Shown: positions 47,631-58,900 of the stretch, in pieces | Numbering within the stretch: position 1 is the first letter of the stretch | Layout of the letters: every line of letters starts with the position of its first letter | Virus record (IMG/VR): IMGVR_UViG_3300043384_000010 | Location: 26,317-90,316 of that record | Length of the DNA: 64,000 bases | Strand: one strand, 5' to 3' | Source: a virus | Lineage: Duplodnaviria; Caudoviricetes | Notes under the pieces: model-generated | Seen by the model: only the letters and a program-made list of their open reading frames with translations | Databases searched by the model: none | Told to the model about the DNA's origin: nothing | Program-made: the position numbers and the translations under genes

Positions 47631-48608
47631 ATGACCGCCACCCTGATCGCAGAGAGCCCCGACGACGGGGACCTGCGGGTCACCGTCAGCCACGCCAACA
47701 TCAAGGCACTCCGCTCCTACGCCCACCTCACCAGGGAAAGGGGGGACGTCAAGGAGGCGCAGGCCATGGAGCGGTACGCGGACGCGCTCACGGCCCGCCT
47801 CGGCGAGATGGAGGGGTCCACCACGAGGCCGACCTCCGAACCGAAGCCCAGCCCAGAAGGCGAGCCGGTCCCGAAGCGCCGCACCGCACTCCGTGTCCTC
47901 GTCGCCATCCTCGCGGCCCTCGGTGCCCTCATCGGGATCGCACCCCACGCAGCCGCCGACAGCGCTCCGGCAGGTCCGACGTTCACTGCGTCGCGGGTCT
48001 TCCCGACCGCGACCCCGATCCGGGTCGTCGTGGCCGGTCCCACGGTGACCGTGTCGACACAGTTCATCTCCACGACGCCCCTGGCGGACGGCACCCACGC
48101 TGCCGCACTGTTCTCCCCTGGCGGGTTCGTGGTGTCCGGGGAGTCCAGGCGGCGCGGCCCGGTCGCCACCGTACAGATCACCGGGACGGTCCCGTCCTAC
48201 CTGCTGACCCCCGGGAGCCAGACATGGTGGGCGGTGGACGCAGGCGACGAATCCTACGTCCCGGTCGCCGTGAAGGTGCTGCGCCAGGGCCGGTTCGGGC
48301 GGGTCACCGCCGTCCCGGTCGGTGGCGGTCGAGCGTTCGTCAGCGCCGCACTGTCGCACTACAACATCCCGACCGGCACGTGGATGGGGTCGAAGCTGTC
48401 CCCGGTGCAGGTGCAGTACGCGACCCTCACGGTGAGGGGCGCGATGCAGTGGCGGACCGCCGGAACCCGGACGACTGACGCTGCCGGTAACCCGGCCGCC
48501 GGGATCGTGTCCCTCCCGAAGGGAAGGCTCACGGTGCGGTTGATCCGGGCTGAGGGCGCCAACGTCACGGGTGTCACGTCGGGCACGATCACGGTCGTGG
48601 TCCGGTGA
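47631..48608 (+). CDS. Exported beta-rich protein with internal signal/TM segment
   Basis: KRRTALRVLVAILAALGALIGIAPHAAA followed by a beta-rich region. Confidence 0.6.
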   Translation: MTATLIAESPDDGDLRVTVSHANIKALRSYAHLTRERGDVKEAQAMERYADALTARLGEMEGSTTRPTSEPKPSPEGEPVPKRRTALRVLVAILAALGALIGIAPHAAADSAPAGPTFTASRVFPTATPIRVVVAGPTVTVSTQFISTTPLADGTHAAALFSPGGFVVSGESRRRGPVATVQITGTVPSYLLTPGSQTWWAVDAGDESYVPVAVKVLRQGRFGRVTAVPVGGGRAFVSAALSHYNIPTGTWMGSKLSPVQVQYATLTVRGAMQWRTAGTRTTDAAGNPAAGIVSLPKGRLTVRLIRAEGANVTGVTSGTITVVVR

Positions 48609-48729
48609 CCCCGGAAGGGGCCGAGGGCCTGATGTGGGTCGCGATCCTCATCGGGTCAGCCCTGTTCCTCAACTGGATCATCGGCAAGGTCCGGGCTGCT
48701 GGTCAGGCCGTCATGAGGAGGGGGCCACG

Positions 48730-49191
48730 GTGAGCGCGGCTCAACTCGCGTGGCTGGTCGGGCTGTCCGGTCTTGTGGCGTCCATCCCCTGCCATCGGGC
48801 CGTCCGGAAGTCTCCAGGTACCAGGCTCGCATGGTTCGCGGTCATCGCCGGGACCATGATGGCCGGGTGGGCGATCGGGGTCCACGACGGTCACTGGCTT
48901 GCCGCCGGGGTGTGCTCCGGATCCATCGCGGGGTTGTTCGTCCTCGCGGACCCGCCGAGGGACGCCAAGGACCCGAACGTGGGGGTGATTGTGGGGGCTT
49001 TCGCGGTCGCTGTGGTCGTGTTCGGGTCGGTGGTCTACTACGACGCGATCCCGGTCTGCGGGTGGTGGCACAAGCACTACGTGGCTTACCAGCAGACCCC
49101 CACGGGCGCGCGGGCCGGGCTCGCGGAGTGGGATTGGGACCTCTGCGCATCCGCATTCGAGATAGGGAACCGGGCAGGTGGGACCCGGTGA
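48730..49191 (+). CDS. Polytopic membrane protein
   Basis: About 4 TM helices. Confidence 0.6.
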   Translation: MSAAQLAWLVGLSGLVASIPCHRAVRKSPGTRLAWFAVIAGTMMAGWAIGVHDGHWLAAGVCSGSIAGLFVLADPPRDAKDPNVGVIVGAFAVAVVVFGSVVYYDAIPVCGWWHKHYVAYQQTPTGARAGLAEWDWDLCASAFEIGNRAGGTR

Positions 49192-49308
49192 GTAGCTACC
49201 CGTATCCGGACCGGGTCGTGAAGAACCCACCGAAGAAGCCTCGCCCTCCCAGGTAAGGGACACCCGCACCAGTGCCTGTCACGCCGTCACCTACAGAAAG
49301 GCACGATC

Positions 49309-49533
49309 ATGAACAGCGGCACCCCTGAACCCGGTACCCGCGTCCGGTACATCCCTTGGGTGGAGAATCCCAGCCCCCACCCCGCGTGGGTGATCCGCAG
49401 CGCGCACCCCGACCGCGAGTATGTCGTCGGGGGCGAGGCTCCAGGTCCGCACGGGATCCCCGTCCTGGTGCCCGCCGAGTACACCGACGACCCGTGCGTC
49501 GGTCAGCAGATCTGGCTGCCGGTCACTCAGTAG
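49309..49533 (+). CDS. Hypothetical SH3-like protein
   Basis: GAAAGG RBS; PEPGTRVRY. Confidence 0.5.
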   Translation: MNSGTPEPGTRVRYIPWVENPSPHPAWVIRSAHPDREYVVGGEAPGPHGIPVLVPAEYTDDPCVGQQIWLPVTQ

Positions 49534-49601
49534 TACGAGGTCGTGCAGAACCCGCGCCCGCATCATCTACACCGCAGCGACATGTGATGACCTGAATGGC
49601 A

Positions 49602-49641
49602 GAGACGCCCCCCGCTCCGAGACTGGAGTGGGGGGCGTCTC
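49602..49641. terminator. Terminator hairpin
   Basis: GAGACGCCCCCCGCTCC / GGAGTGGGGGGCGTCTC. Confidence 0.75.
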
Positions 49642-49895
49642 GTCTGCACTGGCCCAAAACACCGCACCCCCCAATGCGGGAGGATCGGTCCCGGGGGGAG
49701 CGCGGTGGCCCCGGCTGTCCCCGGCAGCCCCGATCGGCCGCCGGCTGGCGCCGGGCGTCTTGGTTGTTCAGCCGGGACGGTATCAGGCGACCCACGGGGG
49801 TGAGAATCGGCGTTCCCGGCCCGGCCGAACCATCCCAAGGTAACCCAACACCCCGCGGCCTGTCAGTCGTATCGGGGAACCAGTGCCGCCGAGAC

Positions 49896-50204
49896 CTAAG
49901 GGCGCGCGCCCAGGCACGCGAGGAGTTCGCCCGCCGCCGTAACGCTGGCCTCACCCTCCGGCACGCCCGGAAACTCGCCCGCGCCGCGCCGCGCTAACCC
50001 CACCCCCACCTGCACACCGAACACCACCGACGCGGTCACCAGCAGGGTGAGGCAGATCAGGAGCGGTACCGCCGCCCAATCCCCCACCACCCACCATGTG
50101 ACCGCGACCATCCCCGCGGCGGTGACGGTCGCCTCACGGGCGGCCGGGGACGCGAGAACAGCCCGGAGACGGAACGAGCGGGTGGCGTGGCGGACATGCG
50201 GCAT
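49896..50204 (-). CDS. Small membrane protein
   Basis: Two TM helices. Confidence 0.5.
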   Translation of the reverse strand: MPHVRHATRSFRLRAVLASPAAREATVTAAGMVAVTWWVVGDWAAVPLLICLTLLVTASVVFGVQVGVGLARRGAGEFPGVPEGEASVTAAGELLACLGARP

Positions 50205-50438
50205 CGGTGTGGTCCCTGGCGTGTGGAGGTCGGACGGCCCAGAACGGGCACGACCTAAGCCTACCCGCCCAACCGGGTGACATCCCCGCCGACACGTCAA
50301 GCCCCTCACCGCCGCCACCGATACAACCCCCACGGAGCACAGGAAAGGGGCTCCCAGCGGCTGCTTGCGAAACCGCTGGAAGCCCCCCGAACCCCACCCT
50401 GGGGGGCTCATCCACCCCACGGGGGAAAGGCGGATCCC

Positions 50439-50732
50439 ATGAGCAAGAACCATACTCGCGGCCTCGCCGTCGCGGGCAGAAACAGCGGAACCCCCGCCTG
50501 GTCGTCTGGCGACCGCCGAGGCTACACGCTGGCTGAGATCCGTCAGGCCGCCCTGTATCGACAGGACGGCGACGTGGACGGGATCCTCTCCATCGCCATC
50601 CCCTACGCAGCACGGGCCGGAATCTCGCGGGCGGAAGCGGTGGCATACCTGCGTGTGGAAACGGATGCCACTGAGGCCAGAGCGGAAGACGCTGCGGAGA
50701 AAGCGCGGCGGGCCGTGTGGCTGGAAACCTGA
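50439..50732 (+). CDS. Hypothetical protein
   Basis: GAAAGG RBS; ends at a terminator. Confidence 0.55.
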   Translation: MSKNHTRGLAVAGRNSGTPAWSSGDRRGYTLAEIRQAALYRQDGDVDGILSIAIPYAARAGISRAEAVAYLRVETDATEARAEDAAEKARRAVWLET

Positions 50733-50745
50733 TCTGACATAGAGA

Positions 50746-50777
50746 TGCCCCCCGCCCAGGAGGAAGGGCGGGGGGCA
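50746..50777. terminator. Bidirectional terminator ending the late operon
   Basis: 12-bp stem TGCCCCCCGCCC / GGGCGGGGGGCA. Confidence 0.75.
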
Positions 50778-50799
50778 CTCGTTGTTGCGTGAGCGGCTG

Positions 50800-51051
50800 C
50801 TAGGTGGAGCTGTGCCGTCCAGGCGAGCCGACACCGTACTGCCGGGTGATCGGCAGCGACCAGAGCGCGGCGGCGGCGACCGCGGTAGCGACCGCTGCGG
50901 CGTTCAGGACGGCGCCGCCGGTCGCGGGCCAGTCGAGACCGGTCACGCCCCCGGCGTCGATGACGGCCTGGACGAACGACCCGCCAGCGGTCGCACCGAA
51001 CGCGATCAGAAGGTGCCGCAGCCACGCCGGCAGGTTGTCGAGGTTGGGCAC
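50800..51051 (-). CDS. Holin
   Basis: Two TM helices; downstream of the endolysin. Confidence 0.75.
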   Translation of the reverse strand: MPNLDNLPAWLRHLLIAFGATAGGSFVQAVIDAGGVTGLDWPATGGAVLNAAAVATAVAAAALWSLPITRQYGVGSPGRHSST

Positions 51052-51062
51052 GTTGACGCTCC

Positions 51063-51332
51063 CTAGGGTCGGTTGTTGAGGACGAGGGACAGTAGCCCGA
51101 TCAGTACCCCGGTGCAGATCACCCCGACCGCCCCGTAGACCACCTTCTCCAGGCGGCCGATCCGCTCCCCCTGGACCTTCAGGCGAAGCGTCACCTGGGA
51201 CTCGACTTCCTTGGCGAGGTCAGTTCGCAGGTTCGCGACGCAGTCGGCGAGGTGGGAGACCGTCGTCTTGAGGTCGTCGAGGATCCGCCACACCTCCGGA
51301 AGCGTTATGTCCGTTGGTGTCTGCGTGGACAT
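51063..51332 (-). CDS. Lysis-cassette coiled-coil protein with C-terminal TM
   Basis: RIGRLEKVVYGAVGVICTGVLIGLL. Confidence 0.65.
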   Translation of the reverse strand: MSTQTPTDITLPEVWRILDDLKTTVSHLADCVANLRTDLAKEVESQVTLRLKVQGERIGRLEKVVYGAVGVICTGVLIGLLSLVLNNRP

Positions 51333-52111
51333 CAGATCGCCCGGTTCAGTGCGCGCTGCAGCCTGCGGATTGTGTCGGGTCCGAGGCGTCCGTCCGTCCG
51401 GGCGCCGACCTTGGCTTGCAGGTGCCGGATCGTGTCGGGGCCCATCTGCCCGTCCTGCCTGCATCCAACCCACCGCTGAATGGCCCGGATCGTCAGCGGC
51501 CCGCGAACCCCATCCACCGGGACGTGCAGGAGCTCCTGCACGCGACGTGTCGTCTTCGGGCCCCACGCGCCGTCGACGACCAGGGGGATGACCAGTCTGC
51601 CGCCGCTGCGGGAAGGTCGCGGGAGAGGGATGGGCGCGCCGCGCGGCGCCCCGTACGCGGGATGGCCGTAGCCGAGGACCAGGGCCGCGGATCGGTGGAC
51701 CTGGAAAACGCCCTGTCGTGACCCTGGGGCAGTTGACTGGGGATCCCTGGTGTTCCCCTCGATTGTCCGGACGCGGCCATCGGGGAGGATGCCATCCACG
51801 AACCCGGTGTGCTCAGCGGACCCATCGGAGTTCCAGTCGAAAAACGCGACGGATCCGACGCGTGGGGTGTGCCCGAACTGGCCGCGGGCCTTGAACCACC
51901 GGATGTGCGCGTCGCAGTTGTACGACTTCCCGATGATGTCTGCTGCGGCGGCGTGCGCTGCGCACCAGGACACGAATTCGTCACAGTACGCCTGCCGGTC
52001 GGGCCACCCGAAGTATGGGCCGTAAGGGTTGTGGTTGTCGTTCCTGGGGCCTTCGAGGAATCCGAGTTGGCCCCGGGCGACGTTGAGGACGGCCTGTGCG
52101 GTCGCGGTCAC
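51332..52111 (-). CDS. Endolysin (CHAP amidase plus peptidoglycan-binding domain)
   Basis: AYCDEFVSWC, EHTGFV, TIEGNT; DGAWGPKTTRRVQ / DG..GP.TI repeats. Confidence 0.9.
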   Translation of the reverse strand: MTATAQAVLNVARGQLGFLEGPRNDNHNPYGPYFGWPDRQAYCDEFVSWCAAHAAAADIIGKSYNCDAHIRWFKARGQFGHTPRVGSVAFFDWNSDGSAEHTGFVDGILPDGRVRTIEGNTRDPQSTAPGSRQGVFQVHRSAALVLGYGHPAYGAPRGAPIPLPRPSRSGGRLVIPLVVDGAWGPKTTRRVQELLHVPVDGVRGPLTIRAIQRWVGCRQDGQMGPDTIRHLQAKVGARTDGRLGPDTIRRLQRALNRAI

Positions 52112-52309
52112 GACGGATCTCCACCCTCCGGGGTGTCGACTTCCACTTCCCAGAAGTCCGGGGCCTGGTCGGTTGGCTGGGGGCCGTCCTCAGGACGCGG
52201 ACTGGTGTCGACGGGGGTCATGGGCGGGTCGGGTAGCTGTTCGGTCATGGTTCGGTACCTCCCTGGATTGTTGACTGATTGAAGATCACCCGACGACTTG
52301 CTGCGGCCC

Positions 52310-53146
52310 TTACTCGGGGGCGAACCACGTCAACAAGACGTACCCTGAGCCACCAACACCGCCTGCGTATCCGCCAGATATCGCGCCGCCGCCGCCACTG
52401 CCGGAATTGGCACTGCCATCCTGTCCAGTGGCTGCGGAAGATGAACTCCCGCCGCCCGAACTGCCGCGCCCGTAGAATGGGGCTGTTCCGCCACCGGCCC
52501 CGCCACCGCCGAATCCATCCAGTCCAGGCCCCCCATCTCCGGCGACCCCATACGTGCTCCCCGTCGTCGACCAAGTGGAGTTTCCGCCTCCAGAACCTCC
52601 GGAACCGGACCCCCCCGTGTATCCACCGCTGACTGCGGAGCTGGACGGAAGGAACGACCCTGACCCGCCAGGTCCGCTAGCACCTCCCCCGCCTCCGGCG
52701 GCACCGTAACCGGCGCCCAGCCTGACGCTGGCGCCGCCTCCAGACCAGCCAGACCGGCCAGGTCGACCGGTGCCAGACGACCCCGTTCCTGCCCCCCCAC
52801 CGCCGGCCGCAGCGGTCAGCAACGCACCAAATGCTGATGCGGTTCCATCGCCGCCATCCCCGCCAGTGGTCGAACCGGCCCCCGCCGACCCGCCGCCGCC
52901 GACGGTTACGCTGTACGTCGTGCCTGGAACGACCGTAATTGTCCTGCGCAGCGGCTGGCCGCAGCCACCGCCGCCGGCCACTCCACCGACCGAACTGTCA
53001 GTCCCACCACCGCCGCCGGCGCCGCCGACGAGGAGGACGTCGATGCAGTAGACGCCGGCAGGGGCAACCCAGTTCGTTGATCCCGAGAGGAACTCTTGGG
53101 TGTGCTGCACCAGGGCCGCAGATGGGGGAGGAAAGGAACTGGCCAT
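52310..53146 (-). CDS. Glycine-rich tail fibre/tip protein
   Basis: WVAPAGV..IDVLLVGGAGGGG; GGSGYVLLTW. Confidence 0.75.
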   Translation of the reverse strand: MASSFPPPSAALVQHTQEFLSGSTNWVAPAGVYCIDVLLVGGAGGGGGTDSSVGGVAGGGGCGQPLRRTITVVPGTTYSVTVGGGGSAGAGSTTGGDGGDGTASAFGALLTAAAGGGGAGTGSSGTGRPGRSGWSGGGASVRLGAGYGAAGGGGGASGPGGSGSFLPSSSAVSGGYTGGSGSGGSGGGNSTWSTTGSTYGVAGDGGPGLDGFGGGGAGGGTAPFYGRGSSGGGSSSSAATGQDGSANSGSGGGGAISGGYAGGVGGSGYVLLTWFAPE

Positions 53147-53460
53147 CAGGAGATCACCACTCCGCTGACGGTCACATCAACGACGGAGCCGGTCGCGGCA
53201 CCGCCCGTGATCTTACCTCCGGCGGCGATTACTTTCCGGATGTCGTTCGGACCCAGAGTCCACGTCGAGTTGGGGGCCATGGAGTTCCCGGAGTATAGGG
53301 CCTTAGCGCCCAGTTTCAGGGTCACAGCTACAGCCGACGCGGACGTGTTGCACAGCGTCACATTCGTGATGATCGCCTGGGACGCGGACCCGGCCCATAG
53401 TTCCGTCGTCAACGTTCCCGTCAGGGTCGCATCGACGAAATCCGTTGGTGTAACAGACAT
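53146..53460 (-). CDS. Minor tail protein
   Basis: Position in the tail operon; beta-rich. Confidence 0.65.
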   Translation of the reverse strand: MSVTPTDFVDATLTGTLTTELWAGSASQAIITNVTLCNTSASAVAVTLKLGAKALYSGNSMAPNSTWTLGPNDIRKVIAAGGKITGGAATGSVVDVTVSGVVIS

Positions 53461-53960
53461 CAGGCAGTCGCCCCCATCGCGAGCATCTTCAGCAGGTCAA
53501 CAGTGGTCACGATGGACACCGCGGATTCGACGGTGTCCACACGCCCGGTCAAGGTCGTTACGTCGGCCTCAACGACGGCCTTCCAAGCCTCGTTCGCGGC
53601 CGCCAACACGTACTGCCACGTGGCGTCGACGGTCGACGCTGGCGCGAGATCCGCGAGATTCACGGTCGACGCGGATGCGGACGGAAGCTGGAACTCCCAC
53701 TCGCGGACTCCCGCAAACAACTCAGTGACCTGCCACACCCAGCCGGTCGGGTTGGTGGTCGGGTCGTCAGTGACGAGAAGGGGAACGGATAGTGCCCCGG
53801 AGGACAGGACGGCAGTGATCGGTGTCGGCGGGACAATGATGTGCCCGGACGAGTCATAGACCGTCGCGGATGGCATGAACCGCACGGAGCCGGCGACGTT
53901 CGTGCCATCCGGGTTCCTGTAGGTGCCGGTGACCGTCTTGTACGCGAACGGTGGCGTCAT
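53460..53960 (-). CDS. Minor tail / baseplate adaptor protein
   Basis: TVTGTY..PDG....GSVRF.PS...LL.TDD....PTGW.W.V.E. Confidence 0.7.
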   Translation of the reverse strand: MTPPFAYKTVTGTYRNPDGTNVAGSVRFMPSATVYDSSGHIIVPPTPITAVLSSGALSVPLLVTDDPTTNPTGWVWQVTELFAGVREWEFQLPSASASTVNLADLAPASTVDATWQYVLAAANEAWKAVVEADVTTLTGRVDTVESAVSIVTTVDLLKMLAMGATA

Positions 53961-55120
53961 CAGGTCACGGACCCTTCGCCGGGGAGGAGCCGCCTGATCT
54001 GTGTCTGCATGATCTCCTCCTGCGTTTTCAGCAACGAACCGAGTTCCAACGTCGCCTTGGCTCCGGTGTCGGACCAGGTGACGGCGATCTGTTGGATTCG
54101 GCGTGCCACAACGGATGTCCCGACCGCTGCGGTGAGGATGCGGTCTCCACACCGGTAGTCGACCCATGGGGTTGGGTTGTCGGTGCCGTCGGTGACGTCG
54201 TGGGTTACCTGGATGTCCGCCTCGTCGTGTGCGGCCAGGTACAGGTCGGCGACGGCGTCCAGCGACCCGGACGGCGCCGACGACTCGCTGACGTACACTT
54301 CGCGGTTCCGGCGACCCGAGAGCGCCTGCGTGCGCCGGGCCGTGACCGCAGCCGCCCCCTCCACCACAACAGCGGTAGCGACTGCCCGGCGGGACCGGGC
54401 GATCGGAGCCGAGATCACATCCCGGGCCGGGCGGAGGATCGTCGGACCGGGATTCGCTCCTGCACCGTCCAGCGTCCGGTCCAGGCCCCCGCCCGGCTTG
54501 TAGATCTCCAAGGCTCTGGCGTTCCACCGCCATTCGATGAGCCGGGCATCACGGAGCCCAGTCAGCACGGAGTGGAGGGTCGTCCCAGCCTTGTGGGTGA
54601 TCGTGTGGGTAGTCGGCCACGCATCGCCGCCAGCATCCGCCGCGTTCCCGCCCGTGAGAGTGCATCCCTGGATCAGGGTCCGGGCCTGCGCCGCATCAAA
54701 CAGGGTCTTGACGATCTCCCCTGGCGTTTTCGCCGTGAACGCCCACTCCGCCGGGGTCGTGCCGATCCCCCCGGACGGGATGACGACAGCCTCATCCAAG
54801 AGGGCCGTGAGGTCACGGCAGGTGACCTGCATCGGCTCACTAGCCGGGTCGTCGGAGATGCGGGTGCTGGAGTCGTCATCAACCACGAACCACTTGGCCG
54901 CGACGCCAGGCAAGAGCACCTTCAACTGGACGTCACTGTCGGTATCCAGCAGGGACGCCCCAGTCGCATCCCGAGGGACCGTGAGTTGCATGGTCCCGAC
55001 GTCCCCGAACACGTCCGAGATCGCCAGTGCGGTGCCCTCACCGCCAGGGAGGACACCGAGTGGTGTCGCCCCCGTCGCGTCGAACACCTGGATGTGCGGG
55101 AGCGGGATCACCGCAACCAC
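53960..55120 (-). CDS. Minor tail (Tal-like) protein
   Basis: Follows Dit; PWVDYRCGDRI motif. Confidence 0.75.
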   Translation of the reverse strand: MVAVIPLPHIQVFDATGATPLGVLPGGEGTALAISDVFGDVGTMQLTVPRDATGASLLDTDSDVQLKVLLPGVAAKWFVVDDDSSTRISDDPASEPMQVTCRDLTALLDEAVVIPSGGIGTTPAEWAFTAKTPGEIVKTLFDAAQARTLIQGCTLTGGNAADAGGDAWPTTHTITHKAGTTLHSVLTGLRDARLIEWRWNARALEIYKPGGGLDRTLDGAGANPGPTILRPARDVISAPIARSRRAVATAVVVEGAAAVTARRTQALSGRRNREVYVSESSAPSGSLDAVADLYLAAHDEADIQVTHDVTDGTDNPTPWVDYRCGDRILTAAVGTSVVARRIQQIAVTWSDTGAKATLELGSLLKTQEEIMQTQIRRLLPGEGSVT

Positions 55121-55989
55121 TTCCGCCGCGACGTCACCGTGACCGTGAACCCCGCCGTAGACCCGGGGGCGTTGACCGTCACGCTAGGGCCCCGGTTACT
55201 TGCAGGGGCGGGCACGATCTCCAGGATCTGCTGACCCGACAACACCAGGCCAGTGATGACTGACGTCGCTCCGTTGGTGGCCGTCCACGTGCCTGCGTCG
55301 ATGGTGAGAGTGTCCGCCCCAGACAACGCCGTCGCGTACGAGAACCCTTCACCGGTCTCCGTGTCCGTGATCGACAAGGTGGTGCACGGTCCCGTCACCA
55401 CAATCACCGGGTCAGCGCACGGAGCCGTCTGCCCCACCAGGCTGTACACCTCGCAGGACTGCGAGTTCGCCCCCGCCACGTCGTACTGCAGTGCATGCGT
55501 GGTCGGGTCGACGTCCTCCCAGAACGCGCCAGGCACCGACAACTCCACCGACATCCTGGCCGCCGTGTCATCAAGGATGTCGGGGGTGATGACGGTGATG
55601 ACCTCACAGTCAGCCTGCCGGCGGTCCCCGGACGCGTACACCCTCTCCACAGACAAGGGCTCGTGCCGCTTGCTGAAAAGCCGCAGCAGTGCGTCGAGAG
55701 CCTCCTCGTAAGCGGCCCTCCGGAGTTGCGGAGTGGACGGGACATCCCACCCGTAAGCGCCCGTCCCGTTAACGGTGATGTTCAGGGTCTTCCGCCCTGG
55801 CCCGAACTTCTTCCGCCGCCACGACTCCCCGTGTGAGCCAAGCAGGACCGCGTTAGACCCCCTCACGCCAGGGGTGTCATCCCAGCCCTTCCGGTCACTG
55901 AGGATCACCCCGTTGTCGTCGTTGACGACACCCCACCTGTCGAGGCGGACACCGTCGATCCACCAGCCCTCAGCCTTCGTGATCGCCAC
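55108..55989 (-). CDS. Distal tail protein (Dit-like)
   Basis: Immediately after the tape measure gene; beta-rich. Confidence 0.75.
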   Translation of the reverse strand: MAITKAEGWWIDGVRLDRWGVVNDDNGVILSDRKGWDDTPGVRGSNAVLLGSHGESWRRKKFGPGRKTLNITVNGTGAYGWDVPSTPQLRRAAYEEALDALLRLFSKRHEPLSVERVYASGDRRQADCEVITVITPDILDDTAARMSVELSVPGAFWEDVDPTTHALQYDVAGANSQSCEVYSLVGQTAPCADPVIVVTGPCTTLSITDTETGEGFSYATALSGADTLTIDAGTWTATNGATSVITGLVLSGQQILEIVPAPASNRGPSVTVNAPGSTAGFTVTVTSRRKWLR

Positions 55990-55992
55990 CGG

Positions 55993-58900
55993 TTATGCCC
56001 CTGCCCGTGAGTAGCCGAGCCTGCGCATCATCCGGGTAGACGATTCGCTGGCGGTCTCCGGGACCGGGTTATGCACCTGCACGCTGAGATTCGGGCGGTT
56101 GTCGACGAGACCACCCTGAGACAATCGGTCCCACTGCTGACCCGAGAACACCGGCTCCGGGGTCCGTGATGCGTTCAGGACCGTCGTCAAGCCCGGCTGC
56201 AACCAGCCACCCTCGTCGTACAGCGTCGGGCTCCCGACAAGACCGCCATCCGCGAACCGGGGCACCAGGTGCTTGAGCACCTGCTTCGCGTTCCAAAGAT
56301 CCGCCGCGCGCTGGACGACGGCGTCCATGGCCATCCGAGGCATCACGGCGGCCATCTGCCCCCACGGTGTGCCCGTGATCTGCTTCAGCGGCGCCAGGAC
56401 GGCAGCGAGAATCCGCTTGACGGACTCGACCGGGTGTAGCGGGTCGATGTCGAGCCCGCCAGCCTCATCATGGCTGCCACCGAGATCCGACAGGAAAAAC
56501 TCGTGCGGGAACGCGGACGTCGGCTTCGCGCCAGAGCCGATGATGATGCCGGATTCCCTGCCCCGCGCCTCGAACCCGAGACCCGCCAGGTTGCCATCCA
56601 TATGTGTGTCGCTGACCCCGAACGTCAGCGCGCCACGGCCCGGTTTGAGCCCGAACCGGCCAGGGTTCGCGAGCAGACTCAACGTCGTGAACACGCGCCG
56701 GTAGGAGGGGCCACCCGTGACCCTGGAGTAGACCTCCCCGGACAGCCCGGAGCAGTCGTACCCTGACGGCCCAACACCGCCCCACACGTACGGGAGCGGG
56801 TTGACGGACGGCAGCCACGCCTTCGTAGCGTCCACCGCGCCACCGTCCGCGAACCTACGGACCACAAGCGACGACGGGTCGCCCGCGACATCGAGCCGTC
56901 CGCCCCGAATCAGGTCGAAGAACCCGACCCCCAACTGTTGGACGATCCTCGCGGGGATCACATACTCCCCGCTGGACAGCCATGCGGGGATGCTGTCGCT
57001 TGTGCCAGACCCGGGGCCACGGACAGCGCCGCCGGAAGCGAACCCTTCCGCACCGTGCGTCCTGATCTGATCCAGCGGGTTAGGTATCCGGTTCTGTATC
57101 TTTCCGCCGAAGAACGAGGCGAGACTGTTCCAGGTGTCGATGATCCCCTTGTTGATGATCGTGTCGATTACGAAACTGATCGGATCCATTGCTGAGTCTC
57201 GGAGGCTGTTCCACATCCGAGACCACACCGACTCGGTCCTATCAGCGGAAGCACGGAGACTATCGACTGCCGACTTCATCCCATCAACGTTCGACTTCGA
57301 CTCGACGGCCCCTGGAGTCTGAACCTTAGTAGTCGCTTCCTTAGGAATGGAAAGCACGGAAGCCGTGTACTTCTCGGCCTCAGTCTTGCTCATTCCCATC
57401 TGTTTGGCGACTTCGACTAGCTGCTTACGCGCCTCTTCCTGCTTCTGCCCCAGAACGTCGTGCGTAGCGCCATTGTCGGCAAGTTTCTGCGTGTAAGTGT
57501 TAGATGCAGCCGCGATGTTATCTAGGGCGTCACGGTTAGCGCGGCCCTTAGCTGTATGCACATCGAGGGTGGCGCCATTTGTCTTGATGGACTCGGTTGC
57601 CGTGTCCAGAGCTTGGAAATAGGCGGTCTCAGACCCGCGAGCCTGCAACAGGTTATCAGACACCCGCTTCGACTGGTCAGCCAGGTCCCGCTGAGCATCT
57701 GCGGCAGACTTCACGTTCGTAGACGCAGCATCCAGTGCTGCGGCATAGTCCGGAAACTGCTTCTTCAGATCATCAACTGAGACGCCAGCTCGAAAGGCGT
57801 TACGCTCAAGCTCCCAGAAGATCCGCTTAGCCTGGTCGGCGTTACCGGACTGAACCAACTGCGAAAGTGTCTGATCAATCTGCTGCATCTGCTGGACAAG
57901 AGTTTCCTGCCCGGACTTGATGAGTCCCATCGACAACGTCCCGGCCAGGTCGTTCAACTTCTGGTTCAGGTCGGGATCAGTTAGGCGCTTCAACGCGTCA
58001 GTGAACCCCCTGACATCATCCTCACCGTAGTTCGATGTCGCCTGGAAAATCTTGTTTAGGGCATCGACTGACCCTGACGCCGCTAATTTCTTCAGAGCAG
58101 CCTCGGTCTGCGTCACGGACGCTTGAGCCTGGTCGCCAGACCGGAAAACGGCATCCAATACCCCGGCCGCAGCGAACCCAACTCCAATGCCGATCATCGC
58201 GGACTTGAGCCTCGTTGCTGCAGACGCGGTCCCGTCTAGGGCGGCCCGCGCCTTAAGAATCCCCGACTGGGCCAGACCGATGGCCTTAAGACCAACAGCG
58301 ATGGCAATTGCGCCGCTAGCTACCCCCGCTAGGACTTGTGGGTTCATCCAGCCGATGAACTTGGCTACCGCGTCAACGACGCCGAGGACGGCGACGCCAG
58401 CAGGGGCCATCGCAACCGCAATGTTAACTGCCGCGTCGACAAGATCCTTCAGCAAGGTAACGACCTTGGGGCCAGAGTCCCGGACATAGTCGAGGAACCG
58501 CTGGAACCCGGGGTTCGTCTGCGCCGATGTTCCGAACTCGGAGAACGCACGCGCCGCGTCGAGGAGTCCACGACCAAAGTCCATCGCCGCCGGGGCCATC
58601 GCCTGGAGCAGTCCGACGAAACCGGTGATCAGGTCGCCTACAGTCTCGCCCATCATATGCAGGACAGGGACGGCAGTCTCGGACGCGAAGGTGAAGAACT
58701 GCCTCCACCACGGGCCCGTAAGTGCGTTACCGGCCTCGTCGGCGAGGTGGCCGAGCGTCCGCGCCACCTCGCCGATGGATGCCTTCACCGCGGGGAGCAT
58801 CGGGAGGAGCGCCTGCATCCCGGACTGGAGACCGGGCAGGAACCCCCGCTGCGCCTCCGCAGACAGACCAGACAGCGCATCCTTCAGCGGCCCCGTCAGG

